Below are positions 12,030 to 25,737 of a DNA stretch of 64,000 nucleotides, piece after piece; the stretch's first letter is position 1, and the number at the start of each line of letters is the position of its first letter. The translations under genes were made by a program, and so were the position numbers. The notes under the pieces were generated by a model. The model did no database searches, was not told where the DNA came from, and saw only the letters and a program-made list of their open reading frames with translations. The stretch comes from Octopus vulgaris (lineage: Eukaryota): assembly GCA_951406725.2 (NCBI GenBank), contig OX597814.1:123132001-123196000 (forward strand). Direction: 5' to 3'.

Positions 12030-12598
12030 ATGGAGAAGTTTGTATCTCGGGGCCATGTTCGCATATGATAGGAAGCAGGAGCTGGAATTGGATGCAGAAG
12101 AGCCGGTACTGACACAGTAGTGATTCTGCTCCAGTGTTCGATCCTCAGAGGAGAAAAGGCTGGTAAAAAGTTAGACTTGCTACCTTTAATTCGGTTTCCG
12201 TACCTGTCCTCACCTGGAGTCATGAATGTTGGGTAACAGCCGGAGGAGTACGATCGCGAATACAAACGGACAAAATGGAGTTCCTTCCAAAGGAGCTCTG
12301 GATAGACGTTACTCGACAGGGTGCGTAGCTCGAAGATCATGGTGTCTCTCAGAGGTAACAACTCCAGTACTGCAGCCATTTGATTAGAATTCTCGGAGGA
12401 AAGAATCGCAGAACGGATTCTTCAAGTTGAGCCAACCGACAGGAGACCTAGGATTAGACCGAGAATGAGATGGTATCATTTGATCACGCTCGTGAATCTA
12501 TCCGGAATTGCTTCTGATAGAACGCTGTGAAGGAGTTGCCTGAGGATTCTACGACCACGACCCTTTCAGAAATCGTAGACAAAGATGGATGAATGAAT
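12030..12598 (+). pseudogene. Decayed RTE (Expander/Rex3-like) LINE 3' fragment
   Basis: Translates in part as VRLATFNSVSVPVLTWSHECWVTAGGVRSRIQTDKMEFL and LLDRVRSSKI, resembling the RTE PTLTYGHExW...RSRIQAAEMxFL...DRVRSS motif. Frameshifted; GATGGATGAATGAA tail. Confidence 0.75.
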
Positions 12599-13249
12599 TT
12601 ATTAACAGTGTGATCGTGAATAGCTAAGGAAGATACACATTAATCGTTGCAGATGACGAGTCGAGTCCAACAAGAACCAAAATGAGTATTGAGTTGTTCT
12701 CTTGTTTTGTTTTTTTTATTTTTCTATTCATAAACATGTCGTAGTGACGGAAAATTTGCATTCGACGTAACACGGTGTTGCCTACCAAATCAATAGACAT
12801 GTTTTATGGTGTATTATGAGTAATCTACGTATTTCGTAACGCTCCTCTGAAACAATAGTGTAGTTTCTGTCATTCAAAAAACAAAAATGACTAATGATAC
12901 ATCTGATTTTTAAATGCATATCCAAATAATCATTTGAACGTAAATGTATATCAGCAATGGAAATATGTGCTCTTGCAATTAGCCGTCCATTGTGTTGTTA
13001 GTGTTTGTTCTTGTTAGGATTTTTTATGGGGGAAAATTAACTCCAAGTGCAGATCACTTTAACAGAAATGTTTCAATGCAGGCTTTGAAAAGTAGCAGCA
13101 TTGTAATTCTATCTCGAACTGAAAAATTCCAAATCAAGCGTGCGTGCTGATACTCGTACTAATTGGTGTCTTTGTCTAAAAGCATTTCTGTTGCCTGTCA
13201 TGTCACCTCAAACATGTTATTTCCACTTCCATAACAATAACAGCCATCT

Positions 13250-13388
13250 ATATTATTAATATTATTATTACTATCATCGTCGTCATCATTACTGCCATCA
13301 TCATTATCTTTATTAACGTCTTCATCATCATCACAGTCATCATCATAATCTTCATTATCATTATCATCATCACCGCCATCATAATAAC

Positions 13389-13420
<32 letters not shown>

Positions 13421-13640
13421 CCATCATCATCACCGTCATCATCATAACCTTCATTATCATCATCATCATTACCATCATAATCATCATCATGATCATCATC
13501 ATCATCATCATCATTATCACCATCATCATCATAATCCTCCTCCTCATCATAATCCTCTTCATCATCATTATCATGATTATCATCATCAACATCACCGTCA
13601 TCACCGTTATCATCATAATCATCATCATCATCATCGTCAT

Positions 13641-13708
<68 letters not shown>

Positions 13709-13930
13709 CTGTTTTCATCATAATCTTCCTTATCATAATCATCATCATCACCATCAACCTCATCATCATCATTGCTATCATTGTTGTTTTTGTTGTTGTT
13801 GTTGTTGTTAATCATGATGATGTTGATGCTGTTATTTTTAATATATCTTTGTTGTTGTTATTGTTGTTACCGTTCCTATCTTCATAATCATTTTTATCGT
13901 TGTTATTGTTGTTATTTTTATTATTATCGA
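13250..13930. repeat. (CAT)n array followed by (TTG/TTA)n
   Basis: Visible directly; source of the poly-D, poly-M and poly-I ORFs. Confidence 0.95.
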
Positions 13931-14519
13931 TATTGTTTTTGCTGAGTTTCCTGAGAATGGTCGTGTCTCAAAAACTTTTTACTTCATAAGGAAAGCGTTT
14001 TCTTTTCTCTTTTTCTTAAAACAGCAAAGGACTTCCAAATATTCAAACGTCACCCCATTACCTTGGGGTAAAAAAACAAGGTGTGTCTATAAATATTTTT
14101 TATTATAAACACATATTTTCGCAAACACTAATTTTACTTCTTTTAGTAACGGTTCAATATGGCCGCCTCAGATTACAACACGTTACACCTTAACACATAC
14201 TGCATTACAACACTACTTAACACATATTAACACATCTTGTCACAAACAATACATTACATCTTTCCATAGACAGCATTACATGTCACCCCTGACTAGAAAC
14301 AACATTATGACATATCACACTTGACTACATATTACCTTACGACATGCCATATCTTGTTTCAGACAACACATTTCACCTTACTATATTACAGAATATAACT
14401 TAGCACAGACTACTTTACGACGTATCATACCTGACTATAAACCACAACTTATACTTTACAATAGACTATATTACAATATATCGTATTCTACTATTGACTG
14501 CATCAGCTCATTGACAATG

Positions 14520-15270
14520 GTTATTGAATAAACAATACCAGCTCTATCAGCAATAATAAATGACTAGGAAAGCATAATAAGAATTATGTGATTATAATTC
14601 CCTAGATATTTTAATATAAATGAAAATACGGCTTGATGAATCAAGTTTTTCACAGATATAACTAAGACAGACATAATACAATTCAACATAAAAATTAGAA
14701 CATTAATTAAACAAGCTAAAATTTCAATAGACTAAGATTAATTGCAAGACAACAAAACTGATATCGACTGCTATAAACAACAGCTCGTGTAATATTCCGA
14801 GAAAGCTAACATTGAAACCAATGAAACAGAAATACGACAAAACAAGTAAAACCTTGCTAAGAACATATACGAAAAGACATTAAGTGAAGTAGAAAAGTTT
14901 GGAAATAATATGCAAAACAGCAAAAATAAAAATAACTGAAATGTTATCTAAGGACAAAAGCAGCTTTATACAAAAGATAAGAAAACAACGTACGAAATAA
15001 TAATAAATAAAAATAACTTATCCAGCAATAGCAAGCAAGAGTGAAAAGTTAAAGTAGTTTTTAAAAAAAGGAATCAAATAACTGAAGCGAAAGGAAGTAT
15101 ATGGACGATATAAAGAAAGTTAAATATATACAAGTTTAAAATTAACAAGTGAAGCAGTAAGGAAGAAGTACAGGAGATTGTGGGGAAATATTTTGAAAGA
15201 GGAAAAAACAACTAATAAACTGAATATTAATGTAAGAAACTAAATAGACCCACATTCTCAAATATAATGG
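14520..15270 (+). pseudogene. Possible highly decayed Penelope-like RT remnant
   Basis: Strongly A-rich strand. Fragment NTA**IKFFTDITKTDIIQFNIK resembles PLE RT NTxxVIxWF...FIQFDI. Many stops. Confidence 0.35.
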
Positions 15271-16786
15271 TATTACTAGTAGCCTTCGTATGTGTATATA
15301 GAGCGTACGCTCAAAATGGAGGCTACAGTGTAATGTAGTTTATCTGTCATGTAGAGAATGCTTTGTTGTGCTTGACGTATGTGGTTTGTCTGAAGGATGT
15401 TATGCATATATAATGGTGGAATCTTCGTCGGTCTCGACGATGACCACTGAGTTGTTCGACCAACTGAATTCCAGTTCGGGAAATTAGCGTGCAAGCATCT
15501 GAGTATTCCACAGACACGTGAATTTTTAACGAAGTTCTCAGATTGAATCGGTGTGACACAATGCGAGCGACAGGCTGCGAGTGCAGGCTGGGGAGGAGGG
15601 GGAGAATAAGGAAGGGGAGGAGGAGAAGAAGGAAGGGGAGGAGGAGAAGAAGGAAGGGGAGGAGGAGACGAAGAAAAAAAAGGAGGAGGAGGAAGAGACG
15701 AAGAAGAAGAAAAAGAAGAACAACAACCACATTATGCAGGTATATATGTATAATTGCATACTTATACAACACACATTATATGCATATGCATTATACTTTC
15801 GAAAGAAGGTAAGAATTGTTTTCTCATTGTAGTAGCAATTGCGAGATAGGTGATTTGGAAGACGAGACAGAAAGGATTAAAGTCAGGCACTTTCATCTCC
15901 GGCCGTAATTTGGTGAATTATTTCACCTTTCACCTTAAAAGGAAGTTAGAGCTGGAAAGAAAATGCCTGACTGTGAAAGAAAATCGATGGAAGAATGTAA
16001 CACGGATGTTGCGAGTGAATGTAACCTCATGAATGCGACGCAGGACGTATCTCGGGTATCAGTGGCGAGGCGGAGCTCGTGGGGTCCGAATTGAACCCGC
16101 CTCCCCACTCCAACCGTAATAACTTCCGGTCTGTCCTATCATTCGATTTATTTATATTTTTGTGAATTTTTAATGTCATCTTTATGTTATATCCATCCGT
16201 CCATCTGACCCCAATCAGATTGTATTGTCCCTTATCTATGTTATCCCCTTGTGGGAAATAAAAAATCACGTGTATATGTATAAGAGAGTGCGCGCGCGCG
16301 CGCGTGTGTGTGGTGTGTGTACAAGCTGATGATTCAGCTTGTTGCTATTATATGATCCTTCAGATGGACAAAAAAGATTAACGAAGGACCTTAATCGAGG
16401 ATTTACGGAATAAAGGCAGATAGAAGTCAAAAATTCGTGTTCAGTTGTCACTGGGCATTATTGGTTCGTTGACAAGGTTTATTGGGTGATAGGTCTTCTC
16501 TCTAGAAATGCTTCGGTATTGGTCAAGGGATCAGTGTAACATATATAATAATTACTGTTGTGTTACGTTAGCAGTATCTTTAGCTAATGACCTGTGCTAT
16601 CGATGTTGAGGAATGTTACTTGCTCTGTAACTAAGACATTGCAAGAGAAATTTGCTCATAAGACTACTACACGTAGTTAATACATAATGAATCGTTGAAT
16701 CAAGATGTTCTGCCTCTCTTTCAGGTATTAATTACATTTCTTGGTCCACTTGAATATGAAGTAACAATTACCTTGATACGTTGTTG

Positions 16787-16846
<60 letters not shown>

Positions 16847-16847
<1 letters not shown>

Positions 16848-17385
16848 AGTGACACTAGGTAAAATATACGTAAAATATACGAAGCCCAGTATACTCATCA
16901 TGACTGCCCGTCTGATAAGGGTACACCAGGCACATGCATCACAACCATATGTGCGCGACATGGTGATCTTATATCAAGATAAACAGCACATGACCTTGCA
17001 GGTGGGGCCCAGTTAGAATTTTCTTCTGGTCGAGTAGCCCAACCCGCTCAAAAGGTCCCTGAATAAGGGTTGTTTAAGGATGTTGAACGAAACACCCATG
17101 TTTCCAGATGTGAATTATTCAAACCCCAAAGAATCCCTCTCAACACATGGCTATAATGCTCCCCCACTACTTCTGCTCGTGATCAGAAATGCACATATCG
17201 TCAGCCACTAAAGGACATACTCAACTGGTTAAGGTCAAAAAACTGACAAGCAAACCAGTGGTATTAAGCAGAATATTTGCTGTAGCCCATCTTTTATACC
17301 AAGACACAACAATGTTCATGATAACACTTCCAATCAGTTAAGATCAGAAGCCACGAGAGCCACTGCCTGGTACTGCAATAAGAGC

Positions 17386-17389
<4 letters not shown>
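16847..17389. mobile_element. About 540-bp non-coding interspersed element flanked by (TTA)n on both sides
   Basis: Complex, higher-GC sequence sharply bounded by TTA arrays at 16791-16846 and 17388-17447. No recognisable ORF; class unassigned. Confidence 0.55.
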
Positions 17390-17484
<95 letters not shown>

Positions 17485-17502
17485 TATTATTATTATTATT
17501 AT

Positions 17503-17821
17503 TAATATTTTATGTTTGACTTTTGCTTTGCATTTGTACAATTTGGCTTCAAGTCTCACCCAGAGACCTCAAGAGGCAACAAGTTGGAAGTTCATGTTGG
17601 TTTTGTACATAGTGTTGTTCTAGAGAAATTTTAAGAAACAATAAGAAAATTATGTGTTTGTTTTAAAACTTGAGATTACATAGAAAGTATTTTGCGTAGG
17701 ATATGGGCAGTTCCCAGGAGCACTATCTTTTGAATTTCTGCCATTTTGGCGTTTCCTGGTATCTGAGCTAGGTAGCAATCAGCCCCTTTTGCTATCATTC
17801 CCAGTGCACCTATGACAACAG

Positions 17822-17825
<4 letters not shown>
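17503..17825 (-). mobile_element. R4/Dong-clade non-LTR retrotransposon 3' end in TAA repeats
   Basis: IPVVIGALGMIAKGADCYLAQIPGNAKMAEIQKIVLLGTAHILRKILSM* (stop 17676-17678) is the typical R4/Dong C-terminus. About 170-bp 3'UTR; (TAA)n on both sides. Confidence 0.85.
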
Positions 17826-17886
<61 letters not shown>

Positions 17887-17896
17887 CTCTTCTTTA

Positions 17897-18110
17897 AGGT
17901 GGCGAGCTAGCAGAACCGTTAGCACGCCGGGCGAAATGTTTAACGATATTTCACTCGTCACTACGCTCTGAGTTCAATTTCCGCCGAGGTCGACTTAGCC
18001 TTTCATCGTTTCGGAGTCGATAAATTAAGTACCAGCTGATTACTGGGGTCGATGCGATCGGCTGTCCCCCTCCCGATAAAATGCAAACCTTGTCCCTGTA
18101 GTAGAAATGA
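17897..18110 (+). mobile_element. Family C SINE monomer
   Basis: GGTGGCGAGCTAGCAGAA head, Meta-like core, CCTTGTCCCTGTAGTAGAAA tail. Confidence 0.8.
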
Positions 18111-18129
18111 TTAGTATACTCTTCTTCAG

Positions 18130-18850
18130 TATCTAGATTACTGGAATACAAAGGTAGATTTGATTCTGTCTGTAATTGTGTAGACGGTTTTGTTGTGTGC
18201 ACCTGGCTTTAAATGTATGTCTAGTTAATCCTATATAACTTCCCTCGGTATTCAATGCAGTTGAGAATTTTACTCTCTATATAAATGCCTTTGAGAAGCC
18301 CCTGCAGTTAAGTTGACAGGACGTAATGTTTCTGAAATTGCATTCTGGCGGATGGGATGAAGTTAGAGTATTTCTGTTTGTATAACCTTAGTTGAGATTT
18401 GATATTTAAGATGAGCTAATTATTGAAGTTGCTGCTACAACTCAACATTGTTCTTAATAGAAACTTAATTCATTCTACGTAATAGGAAAAGGCTTGCTTA
18501 TCAAAAACAGAGCATTACTTATATTAGATCCTGCATTTATGTTTCAAGTGGATTATACCAGATAATGCTTCTTTTCATATTCCTACTGTTTTTGTTGAAA
18601 AATTACACATATGTTCCAGTTTTTGCCTCTAGTTGTCTCTTATTAATGCTATAGTAGGGTAACTCGATTAAATATTTCCTTTTGGAAAACAGATTGGGTC
18701 TTTCTCGACTTGCATTGTTAACATTTAATACTTCAGCTGGATGCTTAAAGGTTTTACTTACATAAGCTAACTCGTCATCCGGCGTTCTATAGGAGTAGTT
18801 CTCTCCTGTATTCAAATCTAATGTCTAAAAAATTACTATTCTAAGATTTA
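18130..18850 (-). pseudogene. Decayed Penelope-like element: RT C-terminus, linker and GIY-YIG
   Basis: In order on the minus strand: FLDI..LNTGENYSYRTPDDELAYVSKTFKHP, KRSIIWYNP, CNFRNITSCQLN, SYIGLTRHTFKAR. This is the expected PLE domain order; stops and frameshifts present. Confidence 0.75.
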
Positions 18851-19188
18851 ATGAACACAGAAAAAATGCATTTGTTCTCTCTTAACATATTGTAATATAA
18901 CGTCCCCTCGAATCAACCATTTTAAATCTGCATCCAAATGCATTAAGCACACTCACTGCAAGGGAGGCAAAACGTGTGTAGAGAACAAATGCTATAAACT
19001 GCATGTAATGTTTATCATATCTTTTCCTTATTTGCTCTGTATATCATCGCAGGTATTACTACAAAGTACAATAGTAACCACGTCACTTTAATGGATGTAG
19101 ACTGGATAGCGATACTTTGCGTAGAGCTGTAAATTCACCAATCGTAATCGCACATCTAACTGTACACATAGGCACTGCTCTATGTGTG

Positions 19189-19231
<43 letters not shown>

Positions 19232-19692
19232 TGGATGTGTTATAAAACTATTCCGCACATACAATAACATCCATACTAACAATCCAACGTACCTCCATCA
19301 GCTGCCCTGCGGATATCACTATGGTTTCGACACCAGAGCAGTACCATTGAAAATAAGTGTTGTTGGAGAACAAACATACCTCTGGTATCACCACATTTAT
19401 TCAATCTTAATTCTAGGAAGGATTAAACACTAACATTATTAATTAAACTACAACAAAGAAAACACATTTACCCTATGTACAAAAACAGTATCGGTAAAAT
19501 AATAATTCTATAAATAAAACTATAACTAACCCCTAAAATGTATATCACCATTATTATTATCATTATATGCATCTATGTGTGTATATATATGCATATACAT
19601 GTGCGTGTACATATATAAGCATATATATTACAGACACACACGCGCACACACACACGCACGCACACACATACACGCACACACACACACACACG

Positions 19693-19727
<35 letters not shown>

Positions 19728-20013
19728 GCACACACACACACACACACACGGACGCAGTCAAACGACTGTAACAAGTAAAAGATAAAAGATATATGACATA
19801 TCTCTCGTTTTGCTATCCATAACTGCTGCATCCAGTTCACATTTCCTTCTCATGTCTGTTCCAGTTTGTTAATCCATATAACTATGCAATATTATTTTGA
19901 CTTACCCGCATCCGATACTCTATATTCTTGATCTTTTACTGCATTATTCACTTGCTTTTAGCATCTCCATTCATTATGTATAAAATTTTGCTCTGTTTTT
20001 ACTGCTTCATCAG

Positions 20014-20045
<32 letters not shown>

Positions 20046-20477
20046 TAATCTTCTCTCTCCTTTCTCTTCCTTTTTTCTTTTTTTTCTCTTTCTTCATTCC
20101 TCTCTTCCTGTTTTCGATTTGACTTTGCTAATACACTCCCTATTTTTAGGTCACTTTAAATACAAAACCTTTGACTCTGCAACACTGTATATAAATTCTC
20201 TACTGGGAATGACCAAGTTTAAAAATCTGCTGGATCTCACTCATAAGGGAATCTTACATTGCTTATAAACTCTATATTTGGAAGGACACATTTTAAACCC
20301 TGTTGGACTTTTGGACTTTACTCATAGGATATTGGAATATTGCATATATACCATTATGCCTATAAAACGAATTTACAACTTCAATACCCATACATATCTT
20401 GCATTTATTTTCTTTCCTCCACCTCACTCTCTATTTGTATCACATCGAAACTAACTATGACTTAACTATCCTATCAC

Positions 20478-20535
20478 ACCGTCTCCGATGAAGGGATATT
20501 ATTAATAAATATCCTAGAAACAGCTGTAAGACCGT
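20478..20535 (+). ncRNA. Type-I hammerhead ribozyme motif (CCGAUGA core) in a pLTR-like repeat at about 19790-20600
   Basis: ACcGTCT-CCGATGA-a-GGGATATT[attaata]AATATCCT-a-GAAA-CAGCTG-TA-AGACcGT. Confidence 0.65.
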
Positions 20536-20600
20536 CTATCTATAAATGGTCTAATATCTATACAGCCTTGGTTTTTTATCTTATTGCGCAAAAAATTCTG

Positions 20601-20646
<46 letters not shown>

Positions 20647-20648
<2 letters not shown>

Positions 20649-20874
20649 CTTTACTACCCACAAGGGGCTAAACACAGAGGGGACAAACAAGGACAGACAA
20701 AGGGATTAAGTCGATTATATCGACCCCAGTGCGTAACTGGTACTTAATTTATCTACCCCGAAAGGATGAAAGGCAAAGTCGACCTCGGCGGAATTTGAAC
20801 TCAGAATGTAACGGCAGACGAAATACGGCTACGCATTTCACCCGGCATGCTAACGTGTCTGCCAGCTCGCCGCC
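20647..20874 (-). mobile_element. Family C SINE (first monomer plus linker)
   Basis: Reverse complement of the head, core and TTGTCTGTCCTTGTTTGTCC linker. Confidence 0.85.
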
Positions 20875-21474
20875 TATGTTTGTTTGTATGTATGTATGTA
20901 TGTATATATACATATATACATCTACTTCATAACTATATATTTTTCTGTCTTTATTTAGTATCTTGTTTTATTTGTTCTACTGCAGAAGACTGCAGTTCTT
21001 TTCGCCTTCAGTTATATTGACTTCTGGCTAAAGATGTTTTGCTTTGGTCTATTTTCTTTCTTTTCCTTCGAGCGGTTCTAGAGACCGATTAGGCAGAGAG
21101 CCGAGAAGCCGTATATTCCCACTGCTCAACATAAGGCCGACCTGAATCTCGAAACATCAGTCCTATCCCCATCGTGTTGCAATGATTGGGGTGGGTATGG
21201 AACCGGGTAAAGGTGCAAAATTATTGGAAATTATAGGAAGAGAAAGAAGACGCTAAAGTAGGACAAAAGTTGGATATCCCTCCTGAAAGAGGTTCTCATC
21301 TCTCGCGTGCACATGAATGTCTGTAGCTAGCTTCAACCAATACAAAACTGCTGGAATAGCTAAAGAAAAAAAATGCGAGGTCATCCAAAATATTATGACG
21401 TTGTTTGAAGAAAAGAACGTAGAAGTAGGGAAAGAAATGTTGAAGGAGGAGAAAGAAGAGGAGGAAAAGGTGGG

Positions 21475-21532
21475 GGAGGAGGAGGAGGAGGTGGTGGTGG
21501 TGGTGGTGGTGGTGGTGGTTGTGGTGGTGGTG

Positions 21533-21618
<86 letters not shown>
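21475..21618. repeat. (GAG)n(GTG)n(GTA)n compound triplet repeat
   Basis: Visible directly. Confidence 0.95.
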
Positions 21619-21891
21619 TGAATATTGATTCCCATGCATCATACTTATGACAATAACACGTGTTTCACTCCTATTTTTTTCTCTTATTTTAAACTGTACC
21701 AAGGTTTTTTTTGAATGATCAAAATAAACCAATATTTACACTAGATTAATTATTTGATAAACTGCCAAATAGCAATTCACCAAACATTTAGATGTATTCT
21801 AGGATCAAACCACAGCTTTATTTGGTGTAAAGGTTGTCTGTCCATAAAGAGTTTTAGCCAATATCGTCGAATGCCTGGTTCCAACCCTGTG

Positions 21892-22072
21892 CAGTGGCGT
21901 AGCAAGAGTATGTGCCGCTCGGAGTAACCTTAGAGTTGTCCACACACACATGTGCGCGCACCTAAGCCTCTAAGCTTATATAAGCTAATACAGCAAGCAC
22001 AAGAGCGCTACCTCCGTAAAAGCGTTACCCGGGGCAAACCGACCCCTTTGCCATCCCCAAGCTATGCTACTG
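21892..22072. mobile_element. hAT-type MITE
   Basis: TIRs CAGTGGCGTAGC / GCTATGCTACTG; TSD poorly preserved. Confidence 0.55.
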
Positions 22073-22356
22073 CCTGTAGCATCATCACCATATAGTTGTA
22101 GCTCAACTTCACATTATAAAACAAAATCACACACTGTTATTTTCTATTTTCTATTCAAAGTTAATGTAATTAGATTCCGTAACATCTGGTTTTCTTGTTT
22201 GCTTGTTCTTGTATTTTTTTCTTATATATTTTCTTTGTGTTGATCAAAAAAGCAACCGATTTCCTTTTACGAAGGTCATGTCAAAGCCATACACATTATT
22301 TCTATATGCTTGTTCTTAATTTAATTACAAACAATAGTGATAGATAAAAGAATATG

Positions 22357-22406
<50 letters not shown>

Positions 22407-22430
22407 TACATACATGTACACATATACATA

Positions 22431-22491
<61 letters not shown>

Positions 22492-23257
22492 CATACATAC
22501 ATACATACATACATACATACATACATACATACATACATACATACATACATACATACATACATGCGTATATACATACATACATACATATAATGTTCCTTTT
22601 GATGTTTTCGACATAGAAAACAAAAGAAAATTAACCAACCGAATATAACATCGTATATTTTTCCTCTGACAACGCAATCTCTAAATGAGTATTTGCCAGA
22701 TCGTTCAATCTGTCACGACATTAGCAAATCTTTACGTATAACGAGTCAGTTCTCTATAAGAACACATTACCGAAAATGGGTTAGTTATTGTGGTTGCTGC
22801 TACTATTGCTGTTATTGTTGCTGTTTGGGTGGGGTATATTTTGTGAGATAATCAGCGATTGATTTCAAAAATTGGATAATGGCAGGTATTCATTCATAAA
22901 AATCGTATATACTTCTCGACTGATATGCGAACTGATTGGACGCAAACATGGTCGTGTGGTTAAAAACGTTCAGTTCGCTGTCATGAGATCTTGGGTTAAG
23001 TGCTAGCGCATACTGTCTTAGGCTTGTTTGTGGGGTTAACCCAGCTTTGTGGATGAAATTTGGTAGGAGGAAACTGTGTGGAAACCTGTCGAATTGATTG
23101 TATCTGTAATTCAAAAGTTCAGACTTGTAGCACATTGCTTCAAGATGGTCCGGCCTGAAAATTAAGTTAAGGATACATGTGTCTGAGTAATACTCAACCA
23201 CTTACATGTATATTAATGGCCGAACGACTGCATTCTTGCCAGCAGTAACGATTACAC

Positions 23258-23896
23258 GGATCTTTTCGCTTTGACCGGCAGATTTTTAAAATAATTTCTA
23301 TGTAACTAACCACTTTTAAACTTCGTATACTGGTAGAATGTGTTTATAAAGCATCTTTTTCTCTTGGTTTTCTTGAGAAAATTCTGTAGTTTGTAAGCTA
23401 TTTCCTCTTTAATTTCTTAATTTTTGGCAATTTCAACCAATAATGACGTCTATTGAGGTGAAAACAATATCTGCCGAAGTCTGTCAACAACAATTTTTTG
23501 CGGTGTCATATGATACTAGGGTCATAATTATGGGTGGACACTAAAGAGGGAACGGTTTTGTTATCCAGCTCTGTTTACGAGTGACCCCTCAGTTTATGGC
23601 CACAGGGTATCTTTTTTCTCATAAATAGCAGGGACATTTTCATATGACACCGCAAAAACTTTTTGTTGACAGACTTCGGCAGATATTGTTTTCACCTCAA
23701 TAGACGTCATTGATTGGTTGAAATTGCCGAAATGCAAGAAATTAAACAACAAATATGTTAGAAGCTACAGAATTTTCTCAAGAAAGCCAAGAGAAAAAGA
23801 TGTTTTATAAACACATTCTACCAGTATACGAAGTTAAAAATTTTTTAGTTACATAGAAATTATTTTTAAAATCTGCCGGTCAAAGCGAAAAGATCC
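23258..23896. mobile_element. MITE with about 255-bp TIRs and 8-bp TSD (Merlin-like)
   Basis: Termini GGATCTTTTCGCTTTGACCGGCAG / CTGCCGGTCAAAGCGAAAAGATCC. Arms 23258-23513 and 23640-23896. GATTACAC duplicated at 23250-23257 and 23897-23904. Confidence 0.9.
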
Positions 23897-24073
23897 GATT
23901 ACACTGCTTATAAGGTCTAATTACATCGAAATTGTCTAGAGTTATCACTCCCCACTACGCTTGCTTCCCCTGCTTTGTTTTTGTTTTTTGCTTTCTTGAG
24001 TAAAAGTGATAATTTAGATAATAACTGTTATCATCAAAAATTATCCAAATTATCAATTCTACTCAAGAAAAAA

Positions 24074-24400
24074 AGGCACATGACTCTGTTGTTAGAGCGT
24101 CGGGCTTACAATCATGAGTTAATGAGTTCGATTCCCGGACCTAGCTGTGAGTCGTGTTCCTGAGCAAGACATGTTATTTCACGTTGCTCCAGTTCACTCA
24201 GCTGTAGAAATGAGTTGTGGCATCACCGATGCCAAGCTGTATCAGCCTTTCCCTTGGATAACATTGGTGGCATGGAGAAGTGGGGGCTGATATGCATAGG
24301 GGCTGCTGATCTTCTATAAATGAATTTACCCGGACTTGTACTTCGGAGGGAAACTTTCTAGGTGCAATCCTATGGTCATTCATGATCAAAGGAGGTCTTT
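24074..24400 (+). mobile_element. Family B SINE
   Basis: GGCACATGACTC...GAGTTCGATTCCC head, GTTGCTCCAGTTCACTCAGCTG core, 3' body shared with 27240. Confidence 0.8.
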
Positions 24401-25681
24401 TTTTTTTTGTTATCATCACTAAGGATGTAAATGAAATTAATTAAAATTCCATGGTTTACTACGTCATTTAGCATTCTTTTTACAACTAAGTTGTTTATGC
24501 AGCAGGCGTCCCCAGGTGTTTTTTCTAATCATCATCGTAAATATTAGTTGTGATGCTCTACTTTTTGTTATCGTCAGACAGAACAGTTCACAAACGTTTA
24601 TTGGAGAACATCTGCTGTAATCGTTTTGTTTCTCATTATGATCATCATTGCAAATTTGATTTAATAGCCAAATAAATGGACAGAAATTAGAATATTTTTC
24701 CTATTTCTCTTTTGACTTAAATTTTTCTTTTATATCATATCTTGAAGTAAATGCATAAACTAATTTTTCAATCTAGTAATACAATTACTCTTGCTATTAA
24801 TTCTTCTCATATTTATTGGATTGCCTCAAGACATCACCATAATGGCAAGTCATTAAAAGCTTCTCCAGCAGAGTTCTGTTGAGTTTCTTTTTCCATCTAT
24901 TTGTATATCAGGGCTTGCATTGCATATTAATCGTATTCAACGTATGGATTTCATGCTTTTGTGTTAAAGTAGCGATGCAGGTTGTTCACACTCAGAATAT
25001 AACCAACATAATTACTGAGACCCTTGTCGAGTAAAAGAGGTTATTGTCCACGCGGAAGTACTTTAGAGTATATTGGCACGAAAATATTATTATTCGTGAA
25101 TCGCAGATAAAAAAATATATATGAATAAATAAATCCATATTATACAACAATTTGGTTCTGCGACCATGACATTTTATACCCGAGTATTATTTTGGCAGAG
25201 CGAGAGAATGGTATATAATTGTGCTCAGTTACCAGTCATGGGAAAATTGGAAAATTTTTACAAAATCTTCCAACATCTTGAATTCCATTGTTATTTGTGT
25301 GTTAAGGTCGACACTTGAGGTATGTACTTATTATATTTGTGATCCTAATCGATAAAAGAATACAGATTGTCTGCAGTAGAAACTACATGTCATTGTGGTG
25401 TAAGTAGTAGCATGCCAGCATCTGTGTAGCTCTCATAGAAAGTGCGAACAGAATCTCTGTCGTGTACAATCAAGAAATTATTTATGATGCAGATTAAATG
25501 AAAAAAAAAAAAAAAGAAATATTCTTTTCAACGGTAAAAACATACAATATTCCCCCTTCTTTCTCAGTAATATTTCTTTAACTTTACATTAGAGGCCAAA
25601 AATATTTTTCATGTTTACGCTTTAGGTATGAAAGGCTTGAAAATTTGGAAAACGTATAAATAGATAGATAGATAGATAGAC

Positions 25682-25737
<56 letters not shown>

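Noticed and set aside
13198-13887. Poly-D, poly-M and poly-I ORFs, and the MYVC, HTYI, YI and VC ORFs elsewhere
   Set aside because: Simple-repeat artefacts, open in several frames, with no domain or splice evidence.
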